Assembly: GCF_018350175.1 (NCBI RefSeq)
Contig: NC_058368.1
Location: forward strand, 140,122,001 to 140,186,000
Length of the DNA: 64,000 bases
Reading direction: 5' to 3'
Source: Felis catus
Taxonomy: Eukaryota
Of the stretch, positions 25,349 through 38,375 are shown piece after piece. Under the pieces are notes generated by a model that was not told where the DNA came from, did not search any database, and saw only the letters and a program-made list of their open reading frames with translations. Position 1 is the stretch's first letter; the number at the start of each line of letters is the position of its first letter. Position numbers and translations under genes: made by a program.

Positions 25349-27048
25349 TTTGTGTTTTAATCTAAATCCACTTAAAACTCTAGCGATACTGGAGGTTTCT
25401 TAAGGTATTGTACTATTACCCCTCCAAAGAAAGCACTGCAAAATTTGGAGCTTTAAGCCCCTCATATGGAAAGACCCTTGATGAGTCTCATTTTGGAAAG
25501 AGAAGTTCAAGAGAAATGTAGAACCTTAATGAAATGTTTGAACAATTACTCAAAATGTGTTTAGCACCTCTCACATGGAAAGCATCACATTAGGGAGTTT
25601 ATGGGCTTTCAAAGGTTGTGGCGCTTCAGGAAGTGAGACAGAATACTTATAACCAAGCTGATAAAGTGCTGAAGCTATAGATAAAGTAGAACCTAAAAGC
25701 TATTAGAGTGCAGATCGGAGCTGACTATGTCCGGCTTTGCACAGTGGTTGTCTCACTTTGGGGTTAGGGTTTGATTACATGTGGTTTACTGGAGACTCAG
25801 TCCTGTGAAGTACAGTAAGCAGGTGAGAAGGTGAGATAAGGAAAGGAGGAAAGTCTGTAGCTTGTTGGCTAAGTAAGTTGGTTACCACTATGGCCTCCTG
25901 GGTACTATCCTACCGAAAACCCCCTTCATTGGTTGATGGTTCCCTAGGCCCATTGTGCAAGTGGTGGGATGGCTGAAGTCAGAGAATGGCCAAGTCATCC
26001 TGGCCATGTGATGATTCAGTGCTTCCTCTGTGCTGAATCTCTCTGGTGGGGAATGGCATGAGACATATGGACAGGCTGAAGCATTTACACTTTTTTCAGA
26101 GACACTACACAGCCACTTAAAGATTTGGAGCAGGCAAGTTGCCTACTCACAGCTGTGCTTTCTCCTGAGTATCTCTAAACTAATGGCTGGGACACCACAT
26201 GTTGTGTAAGGTGACTCCAGTTTTCTCTGCCACTCAGGTATCAGGGGCTCCTCTTCTTGGAACTGAGACCTCAGGACCACAACCTTCCCTCTGTGTCTTA
26301 TCGGTAGTCATGTGCACTGAGGTTAGACATTTTCGAAGTGACAAATCTACTTTATTCTAGACATGCAGATAAGGGAGCAAACTATACAGAGAGGGACAAT
26401 TATGGGCCCACAGAGTATACCCAAGGCATAGTCTGAACAGATTAGTTTCCTTTAATTCATCTCTCCTTCTGAACAAGAATGTTTTCCACACATCAAAGTC
26501 AGTTTCTTTTTTACCAACGAACGTCTCTTGTGGACATTTCTATTCTCTACCCTGTCCCTGCCCTAGCACCGACTTCTAAGTGACATGTTACCATTCCCTC
26601 TGAGCCACAAGTGGAAGCTAGAAACCTATTCACGTTCTCATTTCTTGACCCTGCCTGGGGCAGCTTCTTCCCTGGCAGTTTGAGCAGAAAGATTCTTCCT
26701 GGATCTGAGTTTTCACTGAGCTCATTTTTTTTTTTTTCATTCTCAGCCTTCCATCTGGACTCTGAAAGCTTCCCATTTGCTTATGAAGATCCTGAAGCCA
26801 TTCTGGCTTTAAGCAAATATTTGCTAAACACCTCCAAGATCTAGGGACCAACAGATGAAGACATCCTTCTTGTTTTCTCAACAGAAATGAACTCGACACA
26901 CAGTTCAGTTTAAATCAGGAGACATTTGTGGAGAATCTGCTATGTGCCAGATACTCTTTTAGAGTTGGGGAGAGTGGAAGTATAAGAATGCTTTGAGCTG
27001 TGAGGAAAGGAAGTCTATCCAGAAGCTAGAAAGAAAAGTGTACACTTC

Positions 27049-27052
<4 letters not shown>

Positions 27053-27096
<44 letters not shown>
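27053..27096. repeat. (TA)n microsatellite, about 22 units
   Basis: Direct reading. Confidence 0.95.
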
Positions 27097-27100
<4 letters not shown>

Positions 27101-27394
27101 TCTATATATTTATAGATCTTAAAAGACCTGGCCAACGACTAAAGGAGATTGGTAGCATGCATGATGTCTGGCAGACAGTCTGAATCAGACTAATGATTCA
27201 TGACCCCAGAGTCACAGAAGTTCCAAAGAGGATGTTATTTGGACATAGCAAAAACTCCTCCAAATCATAATCATACACCACCTCCTTCAGGACATTTGAG
27301 ACTATATTAAATTTAATTTTAATTCACTATTTTTTAAATTTATTTTTCAGTCAGTAGTTTTTATTAATTATAAGAATTATTATTGCCTTTAAGG

Positions 27395-27571
27395 ATTTAT
27401 TTTATTTAAGGTTGATTTTTTGAGGGGTGGGGGGAGACACAGGATCCAAAGCAGGATCCAGGCTCTGAGCTGTCAGCACAGAGCCTGGTGCAGGGCTCGA
27501 ACTCACAGAGGGTGAGATCATAGCCTGAGCTGAAGTCGGATGCTTAATCAACTGAGCCACCCAAGTGCCCC
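27395..27571 (-). mobile_element. CanSINE
   Basis: ggctctgagctgtcagcacagagcc...actgagccacccaagtgcccc. Confidence 0.92.
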
Positions 27572-30500
27572 ACCATTAAGGAAGGCTTTAAACTCTCAAC
27601 AAAAATGTAATCCATCTAGTCAGGAGTTAGATTTGGTTGTGCAATGGTATGAATTTCAAGACCTTCAGTAAGATATAAAGGAATGTGTTTTTAGCATTCT
27701 GTGTAAAACTGTTTTGTTAAATATGTGTGCACAAGAAAAGAGATTGATTTCTAAATAAAATCAAGGTTTTTAAAGGAAGGAGGAAGGTGTGTATATGTGT
27801 GTGGAAGTTGGATTGGATGTTGGTAGGACAACTGGTAGAGTTGGACAGAGGTCGATTTGGTACATTTCAAATGTGATTGGCTATTCCTTATAGTTTTATA
27901 TTACCTGAAAATATTTATAAGTTTGTCTTTTATTTTTCTTTAAGTAAAGAAAGAATCATGACTAATAATTCCAACATCTGAAGTCTTTTTTTGAGGAAGG
28001 ACGTTTTCTTCTCTTATATCTGCTGACTCTCCTTCATGGTGCCATTCTTCCTTGTGCATTTGGTTGTTTTGTGTGCTTCATCATTTGCTAGCTTTCACTA
28101 AAAAGTTATTTGAGGGATTTTTTTTGAAGCTTGGGATGAAGGAGAGCTCCTTCAGAAAGTATTTGCCTTTCCTTCTTCCAGGGCCCTGGGAAATTACCAG
28201 CCCAACATTAAGCTGAATTTATAGTTGCATGAAAATTTGGGGCTGCAAACCCAGCCACCAAAGGGGGGACTTAAAATGTTTTTAAGTAAGACATTCTAAA
28301 GCAAGGGGCCCCCTCAGGCACAGAGCCTTGCTTGTCCAGGACTAAAGGTGGTACTGGTTGGAATGAACATCTTTGTGTGCATTAAATTTGTGAGGATTAA
28401 GGTAGGATTAATGTTTAGGGAATGGCCTTGAAGTAGGAGCTAAACTTGTCAGGAAAGGTGCTGAATGACTTGGAGGTCTGAGCATGACAGCACCATTTAA
28501 AGTGTAAAATAATCCGATGACATGAGATTCAAAGCTATAGGTTTAAGGAGAAGGAATGTATGATGTTCTGGAAGCAGCAATGAGGAATGAGAAGGACACC
28601 ACCTTCTTACCTCCTGACACAGTGATATAAGAGCTGGAGAAGAAAAAAAACCAGTCATCACTTGAGAAGTTTGTGGAAGCAGCATCTCTAGGGAGAGGAT
28701 CAGAGCAGGAAGTAAAGGGAAACTTCAGAGAAGAGGCTGGACATATACAGCATTTTGCTAGTGGTGGATTGTGCATTCCAGAAACAGACAGAAAGTTCCA
28801 GGAGCTGGATAGGGGAAAAGGGACATCTAGGATGTGCTAAGTCTTATGAACATTAAAATGTAGGAGATGAGAAACACACTTGAGGTTCCAGAGCTAATGT
28901 GGTAACCAATATAAATAGGCATTAAGGGCTTAATGAGATTAACATTGGTAGACTCAAGACCTAGAGTTTTGGGGAAGCTGTGAGCACTGGGGGTAAGAAG
29001 GGTGTCTGTGCCTCATTATGACCCCTGATGATGAAGGTGAGGAAAACGAGCTGTGTAGCCTTGGTTCAAGTTAATGAGGCTTTTTCAAGGTCTCTGTTCT
29101 GGAAGCCAGCTGTTAGTTACTCTGAGCCTGTAGGAACATCTTCCAGGAGTAGCACTCCAAGGCACAGACTTGGGAAAACTTCACTCTGGCTATTGAAAGG
29201 GGAAGCGGTATTAACATTTATTCTGTGCCCACTGTGTGTTAGGTACGGGGATAGTGCTTCTTGTCTATGTTAACGAATTGGATCACCACAGCATCTGTAC
29301 TTAGTATGAGTTATTTTTATTGAATCCACTTTGCAGATGTGAAGACAGATCTTTGATGTTCCCTGGGTGTGTTTAATGGCTTACTTTCTAGCATGATGAG
29401 CGGACACTGCACTGAGGAATAAAATTCGAGATAGGTAGGAGGGTAACAACTTCAGAGCACTGGGATTTTGTGGGGACAGGGCAGGTGTAACTTTACTTTC
29501 CATTAGCTCCTCCAAGACAAGTGTTTTTAGGAGGAAAAAAGAAACATGTCCTTATAAGAAAGGTGTGAAGAAGACTATACTGAATGCTGGCTCCAGTAGG
29601 CCTGGGGCCAAGGAGTACATTGAGTGGGACCCTAAAATGAGAGCAGCTTTGGGGGGCAAGCTGAAGAACTTACGCATCCCATCATCCTGAGAAAATACTT
29701 GTTGTCCTCCAAAGACACAGCATTAAAATACCCTCTCCCAACACAAGCCAGTCTTAACCCGGACATTTCTTGAAAACACACAATCGGGGATTTTCCTGCA
29801 GGAGCTGCCATCTTCAACTGCATCAAGACACGAAAACTTGGCAGCTAAAAAATTTATACACTTCTTTGAATATCTTCCACAGGAAAATAATTGAAGGAAG
29901 AGATAGCATAGCACAAAGAATGTTGACCATTCATGGTTTTCTGAACTTCTCTCATTGGAGAAATAATCCATTATCGTGTGACATTTGGGGGAAGGTTCTC
30001 AAGAGGGTGTCTACCCATTTGGGAACTCAGTGAAATTACCAGCACATTCTGCATTTGAGAGCTCAAAGTTTTATAAATAATACATAGGCAATCTGGATAA
30101 GAATTACAAATTTTTAAATTTCACAATTTCTAATGCTGGATTTATAGGCATTCCCGTGGGGTGTAGTTTCCTCCTCATGGTAACAACACAATCCTTTTAG
30201 CCTAAATAATTATTTAATTTAAATAATTTGTCTATGTAGAAGGATTCATGAAATGCAAATAGCCCATTCCCTAATTTTCATGTTTCCCTGACCACTTTAC
30301 AACACCACATACGGTTTCAAACTACAAAGTCTTTAACCCAAACAAGACCCAGGCATGTTTTCAAAGACCCATATAGCCAAGCAAGTGTAGGTTTGACAGG
30401 GGAATCCCAACTTAGAGTTCTTGAGTGCTTGAGATGGAGAGAGGGGAGAGTTATCCACCAAGGATTGTCTCTATTTCTCTCCACAGTATCATGCATGGTG

Positions 30501-30711
30501 ACACAACCAAGCCACAAAGCCCACGTAACAACACAGCTCAGGGTTGAACCATCTCATCCCCACCAACTCTCCTGGGCAGGAGGCTGCCCAAGACGCCTGG
30601 TATCTCTTCTTTCCGTCACAAATACATGGAATATTTATATTTATATCCACAAACTGATCCATTCAATCATCCAGGCATATTTACACGAATAGAGCATATG
30701 GGCAGATAAGC

Positions 30712-30755
30712 CGCGCGCGCGCGCGCGCGCGCCTGTGTGTGTGTGTGTGTGTGTG
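30712..30755. repeat. (CG)10-CC-(TG)11 alternating purine-pyrimidine tract
   Basis: Direct reading at the left edge of the CpG island. Confidence 0.95.
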
Positions 30756-31879
30756 AGTTCTACCCACTGCATCCTGCTCAGGCTCTGCGCTTTGTCTTGC
30801 TTGGGGTCACCCATCACGAGAGCAGTGATGCTAGGGAGGACACCGGCCAGTGCAGCCCCTTCCCACTCTGTATTGGTTCCACGTGAGTGCGGAGCTGGCA
30901 GGTCAGAGACTTGGGGAAGCCCAGCTTCTCGCAGTGTCTGGGTGGCAGTGCGCGAGATGCGGGGAGGGGGATTGTTGGGAGGGCTGGGGAGTATCGAGGC
31001 GCGGCCGCCCGAGGCCGGCGGAAGGCAACGCCCTCCTCTGTCGCCGCGGGGTGGCGGCGCCAGCCTCGGGCATGGCTTCGCCAGGGTAGGTTTCCCGGAG
31101 CCGCCGAACCCCGCCGCCCGGAAATGGGGAAGCTCAAGGTGGGGTCTCCAGCACACCAGTGTTACTGAGAATACAAGCAGAATTCCCGTGCCTCCTCCCT
31201 CCTTTTAAAATATTCGGTAGTTTCCCCCAAAAGGGCCACTTTGGGTGTCTGCTTGTGGGTACAGATGTCTGGCCCCACCTGGCATTAGGGAGACCCCAGA
31301 CACCCAGCAAAGTTTCCTCCTGTTTGCTCTTGCTGTGCCCCAAGTTTCCACTCGACTTGTATGCCAGCGTGGAGGCGGAGGATGAAGGGACTGGTCAATT
31401 TAAGCCCCAGGTAGCTCCCGGGAAGCCGAGTTGACGTTAACAGGTCAGTCCCAGGCCCAGAAATACCGGCAAACCCTCTCTCCCGTGGCACCACCTAGGT
31501 CCAGCACCTAGAATTCCTTGTTGTCTCGCGGGACCAGACTAGGGGCGCCGCCCCCAGTGCAGCACGCAGAGTCACATTCAGTGACTAATTCAGGACTGGC
31601 GCCCTTTCCTATCCCCCCCCGTAGCAAACTCGAAGCCCTGCATCCTCCCAAAGTACTTGCCACATGGGGGTGGCCCCTCCCCTCCCCCCAAGCCCAAGCT
31701 GCAGCAAAGCCTCAGCACCCGGACTTCCCGGAGCCAGGCAGCCCGCCCCGCACGGAGTCGTGAGCCGCTCCGGCCTCCCCCGCGCGCGGTGACTCCCTCC
31801 CTGCGCACCGCTCGTACTCTCACCACGCCGCCGCCCGGCACTGCAGCACCGCGGGGAGGAGGCGCAGGCGGAGGAGGGG

Positions 31880-32085
31880 GAGGAGGACCGCAGCGTGCAA
31901 GCCCGGAGCCACTTTCCCGCCCCTCCTTTCTTCGCTGACACGCTCAGAGGAGTCACCACTCCGCGCGCTGCAGGCGAGAGTGGCAGACGGAGGCGGCCCC
32001 AGGGAGAGAGCCCGAGCGACGCCCGCGTGGCGGCTGCTGCAGCGCTGACACCACCTAGGGCAAGGGGTCCCAGGCGGCTGGAGCG
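31880..32085 (+). other. Probable non-coding first exon (5' UTR) of a + strand gene; start approximate
   Basis: Strong donor GAGCG|GTGAGT at 32085/32086 in the island centre, preceded by GC boxes; no ATG in the exon. From memory only it resembles the SGMS2 5' UTR; unverified, so no symbol is assigned. Confidence 0.6.
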
Positions 32086-35000
32086 GTGAGTGAGGGACCC
32101 CGGCAGCGGTGGCGGGTTTTCCCGCCGCCGCCTAATTTCCCTTCCCGACCCGGGAGCCGAGCGCTGGAGCGTGGGGGAACTTTTTGCAGCCTTGTAGAAG
32201 CGCAACTTCGCCCCGAGTGCCCCTGAGGAAGAGGTTGCAGGTGCCTGGTGCTACCCTGTCGGTCGCCTTTGCTGGAGCGGGACCGGGGAATTCGGGGTAA
32301 AGAAGATGGGGTGACCCCCGGTTGCCCAGGACAGATCAGGGGAGGCAGGCGCACTTTAGTCCGGATCCCCGGGGGAGGCGGGTGGGCGCCAGCGGGGATT
32401 CGAGAGCCGCGCCCGCCTTCCGTGGGGACCTCCACCGTAGTTGGCTTACGTGGTTGGACGAGGAAGGGGAGGCTGAATCCAAACAAGAGGGTTCGAGCCC
32501 CCAGCGGGATGTCCAGCCTGTACCCCGACCCCAGCTTTGGGCTCAACTTTTCGGCGGGGATCCCTCTGCAGACGTGCGGGCGGAGGGAGAGCGGAGAGAG
32601 CCGCATTGGGCGCTGTGGGAGCCTGAAAGAAACACCCAGTCTTAAAAAAGCTATTCCACGGAAATCCCCGAAGCCCCCGTGCGCGAGAACCCGAGAGGGA
32701 TGGAGAACAGGGAATCCCACGGGGCTGTGGCTGTTTGTAAGTGCCGCACTTCATTACATACACTACGCCTTCATTCAGCAAAAACCTACCGAGCGCCTAC
32801 TGTGCTCCAGGTGCGGCTAAATAGACCTACTGGCTTGAGGCTCATTGCGGGAGAGGGGCTATCACCCGTAAACAAGCTACCGGGGTCATCTCAGGTGGTG
32901 GTGAGCGCTGTGGAGGCGATCACCCAACCCATTTGACTCTTTCAATTCGCCGACTCTTTCCCCTCCGCCTGGGTTCTAGAACTGGGAAGACTTTTCTCTG
33001 GCTTGTCGCGGGGACCCCTGGGGGCTGGGCCCACGAAGGTTGCGGAACATGGTGATGAACTTGTAGAGCAGCGGGCACCCCACGGGAGATGCACAACCCG
33101 GAGCCTTGCTGGGGGCGTGAGGGGAACTCAGGCGCCGGGCGCGCGGGGGTGGAGGGGGAGGGGCTGAGTCACAGGGGCGGGAGGGGCCGCCTGGATGGCG
33201 CGAGCGGGCGCGGGGGGGCGCTCACGTCACCCACTACGTGTGCGAGTGATGCAAATGCAGACCCACTAGGGGCGGGCGGGGGTGGGGGCTGGAGGGCAGG
33301 CGGCCGAGTCTCGGTCTGGGAGCGCGCGTGTGTGCGTCAACGGCTCCCCGGTGAAGGATGCTCGGCAGCGTACCCGGCGCAGACAGCGCCCACCGGGCGG
33401 GGCAGCGGGGACGGCGGGGGCCCACTGCGGCGGGGGCGGCGAGGAAAGCCCAGCAGGGCCGGGTCTGCGGGCGGCCCTCCCCACCGCAGTGCGCCGCAGT
33501 GCCGGGAAGGCTCCGCAGCGGCCAGGCGCTCCCCGGGGGATCCAAAAGATGGGGCGTCTTTTGAGGAGCCGCAGCAGGGATGTCCCGATGGCCTCCTCTC
33601 TCGCTAGCCCTCCTTCCTAAATATTGAGTTGACTGTCAGCGCGAGAAAGTTGTTTCAGTTTAATTCTTAGCCTTAATCCTGGAAAAGAATTTGGCAGTAA
33701 TCTCTGTCGTTCACTCGTTTTTCTGTGGCAAGTTCCGGCAAGTTCCGAAAGGCCTCGTGCTCGTGGCAGGTTTTCCTCGGAAAGCTTCGATGCTGAGGTT
33801 CATGAGATTCGGTAGTGCGCACCCACTCCTTCACCGTTCTTCCGCAGTTTTGTCAGGAGACCAGGCCTCTAAGTGGGGCTTGAGAACGGCCTGCAAAACA
33901 GCGTGCCGCATTCCTCTTTTATGACATAAAAATGTGTGTTGAAAGCAGTACTAGGAAAGCATAATCCCGGTAAAACATAAAAAGCCCAATCCGTGTTTCA
34001 TTTTATTACTATTTTTCAAAAAGACCCCACTTGCTGGAGACCTCATGGCAAAGGTGTTTCTGTTGGCTCTGCAGAATGAGTCCAAATCTGCAGTATGCTT
34101 GTCGAATGGATTCAAAGCGCGGGAGGTGGAGGGAAGGAAGGGAGGAAAACAGAGAAGCAGTCATCAAAGAGCCCAGCGGGAGAAATCCTAGTCCCCACTT
34201 TCCCAAGTATCCTATCACCTGGGACTAGGGACTTACCCTCTTGGGTTCATCCTGCACATTTAGGAAGTGTGAAAAATAGCTCAGACTAGCTCTTCTTACA
34301 AAGTTGTTTTGAGGACAAAAGATGATGGTCTCTGAGAGATTTGGGCCTACAAATTATCTATGAATGGAAAATATTATGAAACACAGGCCATTTAATTTTA
34401 TCTTAAAAATTCTGGAGACATTCACCACTGCTGTTCCTTTAATGAAATTTAGCCTTCAATGTCTGCAAACGCAGACAATAGACTTTTCCGAACAGTCTTA
34501 TATAAAATCAGATGCCATTAGCTGCTGTCTGGAGGAGGAGGGGAAAAAAAAGAAAGCTCTGGATTATATCTGCGTGTCTTTGGTAATGTAGTAGAGAAAG
34601 CAAATTTATGTTTCATGACCCAATGACAGTAAAAGTAGCGTCTTTGGTCCCAGCAGCAGACTAGCCTAAGAGCTTTTAGGTAAAAATTCTGCCCACAGTT
34701 AACCCAATCATATTCCTTAAGTGTGGAAGGTGCCTCAGACAACAGGAAGCAGTTTCCACCCTTAGGAAGATTACCACAGAGAGTATCATAATGTGCAATA
34801 TATCATGTGACCACAAGTCCCAGAAAATCCATTTCCCATTATTAGGGATATTATCTCTTACTCTAATGTAAACTTCCTGATGATATACTTCAAGAATAAA
34901 AACATCTGATTTGTCAAAATGCCGTCCTAGCCATTCACAATGCTGTTATTCATGTGACTCAGACGTAATGGTAGATAGCTATGAATGGTTAAAGTTAAAA

Positions 35001-35505
35001 TGCCCTTTTTATTCTGTGCACTGTATCAAGGGAAAACCTATGATTCACCAGTGCCTCTGGATTCCTTATGCTGTGGGTTTTGTCTGACCCATGGTTTACA
35101 ACATGTATATCGTTACCCATTTAACACAAACTTGTCATTTAGATTAAGTCTGTCAGTAAACCTAAGAGAGGCAGGCCCCCCATCTGTGTGCACCTTTGGT
35201 ACAACATTGCTAAATTGTTTTTGGTTTTGATTTGCTTTTTTCAATTCCAGCCCTATTGAGCAACCAGTGTAAGTGTTGCAGTGAATTTGGAGCTTCTTTA
35301 TTTGACACAGCTGAAATAACAACGGGGGGGGGGGTCAAGTTACTATTTATCCTTGCTGGAAATATGTCTTAATGGGGCATAAAGACACCATTTGCTTTTA
35401 TCACGAACACCCCTTGTAATCAGGGGCACTTGGTGCGAGTTGCATATCATCATCTCTTCCTCTGTTGGGGAGAATTGAAGAATATGAAATAAAAGGAGAG
35501 CAGTG

Positions 35506-36286
35506 AACAACATTGCTCCTCATCAGGGAAATCCAAATCAAAACCACACTCGGATACCACCTCACGCCAGTCAGAGTGGGTAAAATGAACAAATCAGGAG
35601 ACTATAGATGCTGAGGAGGATATGGAGAAACGGGAACCTTCTTGCACTGTTGGTGGGAATACAAACTGGGGCAGCCACTCTGGAAAGCAGTGTGGAGGTT
35701 CCTCAAAAAATTAAAAATAGACCTACCCTATGACCCAACAATAGCACTGCTAGGAATTTACCCAAGGGATACAGGAGTGCTGATACATAGGGGCACTTGT
35801 ACCCCAATGTTTATAGCAGCACTCTCAACAATAGCCAAATTACGGAAAGAGCCTAAATGTCCATCAACTGATGAATGGATAAAGAAATTGTGGCTTATAT
35901 ACACAATGGAGTACTACATGGCAATGAGAAAGAATGAAATATGGCCCTTTGTAGCAACGTGGACGGAACTGGAGAGTGTGATGCTAAGTGAAATAAGCCA
36001 TACAGAGAAAGACAGACACCATATGTTTTCACTCTTATGTGGATCCTGAGAAACTTAACAGAAGACCATGGGGGAGGGAAAGGAAAAAAAATTAGAGAGG
36101 GAGGGAGCCAAACCATAAGGGACTCTTAAAAACTGAGAATAAACTGAGGGTTGATGGGGGGTGGGAGGGAGGGGAGGGTGGTTGATGGGTATTGAGGAGG
36201 ACACTTGTTGGGATGAACACTGGGTGTTGTATGGAAACCAATTTGACAATAAATTTCATATTAAAAATAAATAAATACAATTTAAA
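35506..36286 (+). mobile_element. Young felid L1 3' fragment (ORF2 C-terminus + 3' UTR)
   Basis: ORF 35642-36049 [14 protein letters not shown]...; TSD aaaaggagagcagtg at 35491-35505 and 36287-36301. Confidence 0.96.
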
Positions 36287-36384
36287 AAAAGGAGAGCAGT
36301 GGATTGGATGGTTTAGTACTTTCTGGTTCTAATATTCTTTCCCTCCATGAAATGCAGAAATATATGATGACTTTTGTTTTAAAA

Positions 36385-37005
36385 AAGTTTAATTCCAGTA
36401 TAATTAACATAGTGTTGTATTAGTTTCAGGTGTACAATATAGTGATTCAACAATTCTCTGCATTACTCAGTGCTCATCATGATAAATATACTTTTTAAAA
36501 TTTTTTTAAAAGTCTATTTATTTATTTTGAGAGAGAGAGAGGAGAGGAGGGCCAGAGAGAGAGGGAGAGCGCAAGAATCCCAAGCAGGTTCCACACCATG
36601 AGCATGGAGCCTGACAGGAGGCTCGAACTCATGAACCGTGAGATTATGACCTGAGCTGAAACCAAGAGTCTGGCACTTAATTGACTGAGCCACCCACGCA
36701 CCCCAAGATAAGTGTACCCTTAATCCCCTTCACCTCTCTCACCCATCCCTCTACCCACCTCTCTTCTGGTAACCACCAGTTCGCTATATTTAAGAGTCTG
36801 CTTTCTGTCTCTTGTTCATTTATTTTGTTTCTTAAATTCCACATTTGAGTGAAATCAGGTAGTATTTGTCTTTCTCTGACTTATTTCACTTAGCATTATA
36901 CCAGTTGGATCCATCCATGTTGTTGCAAATGGTGAGATTTCATTATTTTTTATGGCTGAGTGATATCCCATTGTTTATATATACCACATCTTCTTTATCC
37001 ATTGA
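36385..37005 (-). mobile_element. Carnivore L1 3' UTR fragment containing a nested CanSINE (36492-36704, minus)
   Basis: L1 3' UTR motifs on both sides of the SINE; degenerate TSD gataaatatact/gataagtgtacc. Confidence 0.9.
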
Positions 37006-37261
37006 TGAGTTATATTTTAAACTTGAACTTTGCTTATAAGTAGAATATAAGAAGTGTTTTTTATTAACTCATGTTCCAATTTTACGTGGAGATATGGGCT
37101 CTGTTTTTGTAGAATAATTGATCTGTTAGAGTTTGTATTATGCCATTATGGTTATGGGCTAAAACATTTTTAAAAGGCCAATTTTGAAAAATAGTAATCT
37201 CAGTTCACTAATCTCAGTAGAGTAGATATTCAGTTGAATTTAATATGAGAAATTTATTTTA

Positions 37262-37363
37262 GTTAAAGATTTTATTTTTAAGTAATCTCTACACCCAGCG
37301 TGGTGCTCGAACTCACAACCCTGAGACAGAGTCACATGCTCTACCCACCCAGCTACGTGCCCC
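37262..37363 (-). mobile_element. Short old CanSINE
   Basis: ttaaagattttatttttaagtaatctctacacccagcgtggtgctcgaactcacaaccctgaga. Confidence 0.85.
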
Positions 37364-37631
37364 TAACATGACACATTTTAAACGCTTTCTGTTGAGCACC
37401 CAGTGCATACCATGCCTGCTGTGTCATTTCCTGTGGACACTTTGTACTACAAATGATTACGACTGGTAACTAAGAACTATACTAATGGGCTTTAGTCTTC
37501 TCATAGCACTGTGCCCTCTTATAATTCCGGAGCACAGTGAGATTTATGACTAATTAGACCAAGTGCTTTTTCTTGTTATTTGCTACTCTTTAAAAATCCT
37601 ATGAATTAGAATCCTAGTATAGCCAAATAGA

Positions 37632-37790
37632 CCGATGGTTCTCAGTTGCCCTGTGTATCATACTTTCCTGAGACGCTTATTCAAATGGAGAGGTCCGAGC
37701 TTCATCCTAGACGTTCTAAGCGAGTAGTTCTGTGGGTGGGCCCAGAATATGTTGTTTATCAAGCTCTGACAAGTGGGTTATATGTCATCA
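37632..37790 (+). mobile_element. MER5-type hAT-Charlie DNA transposon remnant
   Basis: gatggttctcag start; ttctaagcgagtagttctgtgggtgggcccagaat core. Confidence 0.6.
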
Positions 37791-38375
37791 CCAGGGATCT
37801 ACACTTGCAGGGGTACTGGAATGAGTACCTGACAGTATGGCAGGGACCCAGAACACGTGGGCTTTGTAAGTTGTGTTGTTCTCTTCAGTATTTATTGAGT
37901 CTCTCCTCGAAGCTCTGAGAGAAGTCGCCTTCTGGCTAGCAAGACAGACTTAGAGATGACTAACTTCTGTGGTAGGGGTCAGAGGCGGAGTGAGCAAGAA
38001 GGGTGGTTGGAAAGAACTCTGTGGAGACGGTTATGCACATGGCATCAGAAGAAAGAGCATAGGCAGAAGGAGCAGCATATATGAAAGGTTGGTCTGGTGG
38101 CAGAAGGCTGACAACCTTAGCATGGCCTTCAAGGCTCCAGATGGTCTGGCCCCTGCTCAAGTCTGTAGCCTCATTTTGCTTGACCTCCAAACCTCTCCCA
38201 ATCTAGCAACCTTCAGACATCAGCCTCCCGATGACCTACTCTATCCTACCTTCACCCTATTGACTCCTTATGCTCTTCAGACCTTAGTCATCTTCCCTTT
38301 CTGGGGCAGCCTCCCAACCCTCTCTTGGGAGGTGAAAATTCTCTCTTCTCTCACGGTTCTCTTTTCTTTCTAGAT

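Larger units (their letters stand above)
30710..33910. promoter_or_regulatory. CpG island / promoter region
   Basis: About 3.2 kb of very high GC and CpG density, free of repeats, with many GC boxes, set in AT-rich flanks. Confidence 0.93.

Noticed and set aside
31711..31732. REST/NRSE site (ctcagcacccggac)
   Set aside because: Half-site spacing is 1 nt rather than 2 and the right half diverges.
33262..33276. CTCF site (ccactaggggcgg; also gactaggggcgc near 31537)
   Set aside because: One G short of the CCACYAGRKGGC core spacing; not supportable by eye.
30641..33620. Many 100-220 aa ORFs on both strands in the CpG island
   Set aside because: Expected from stop-codon scarcity in GC-rich DNA; low-complexity Arg/Gly/Pro/Ala peptides, mostly non-ATG starts, no recognisable domain.
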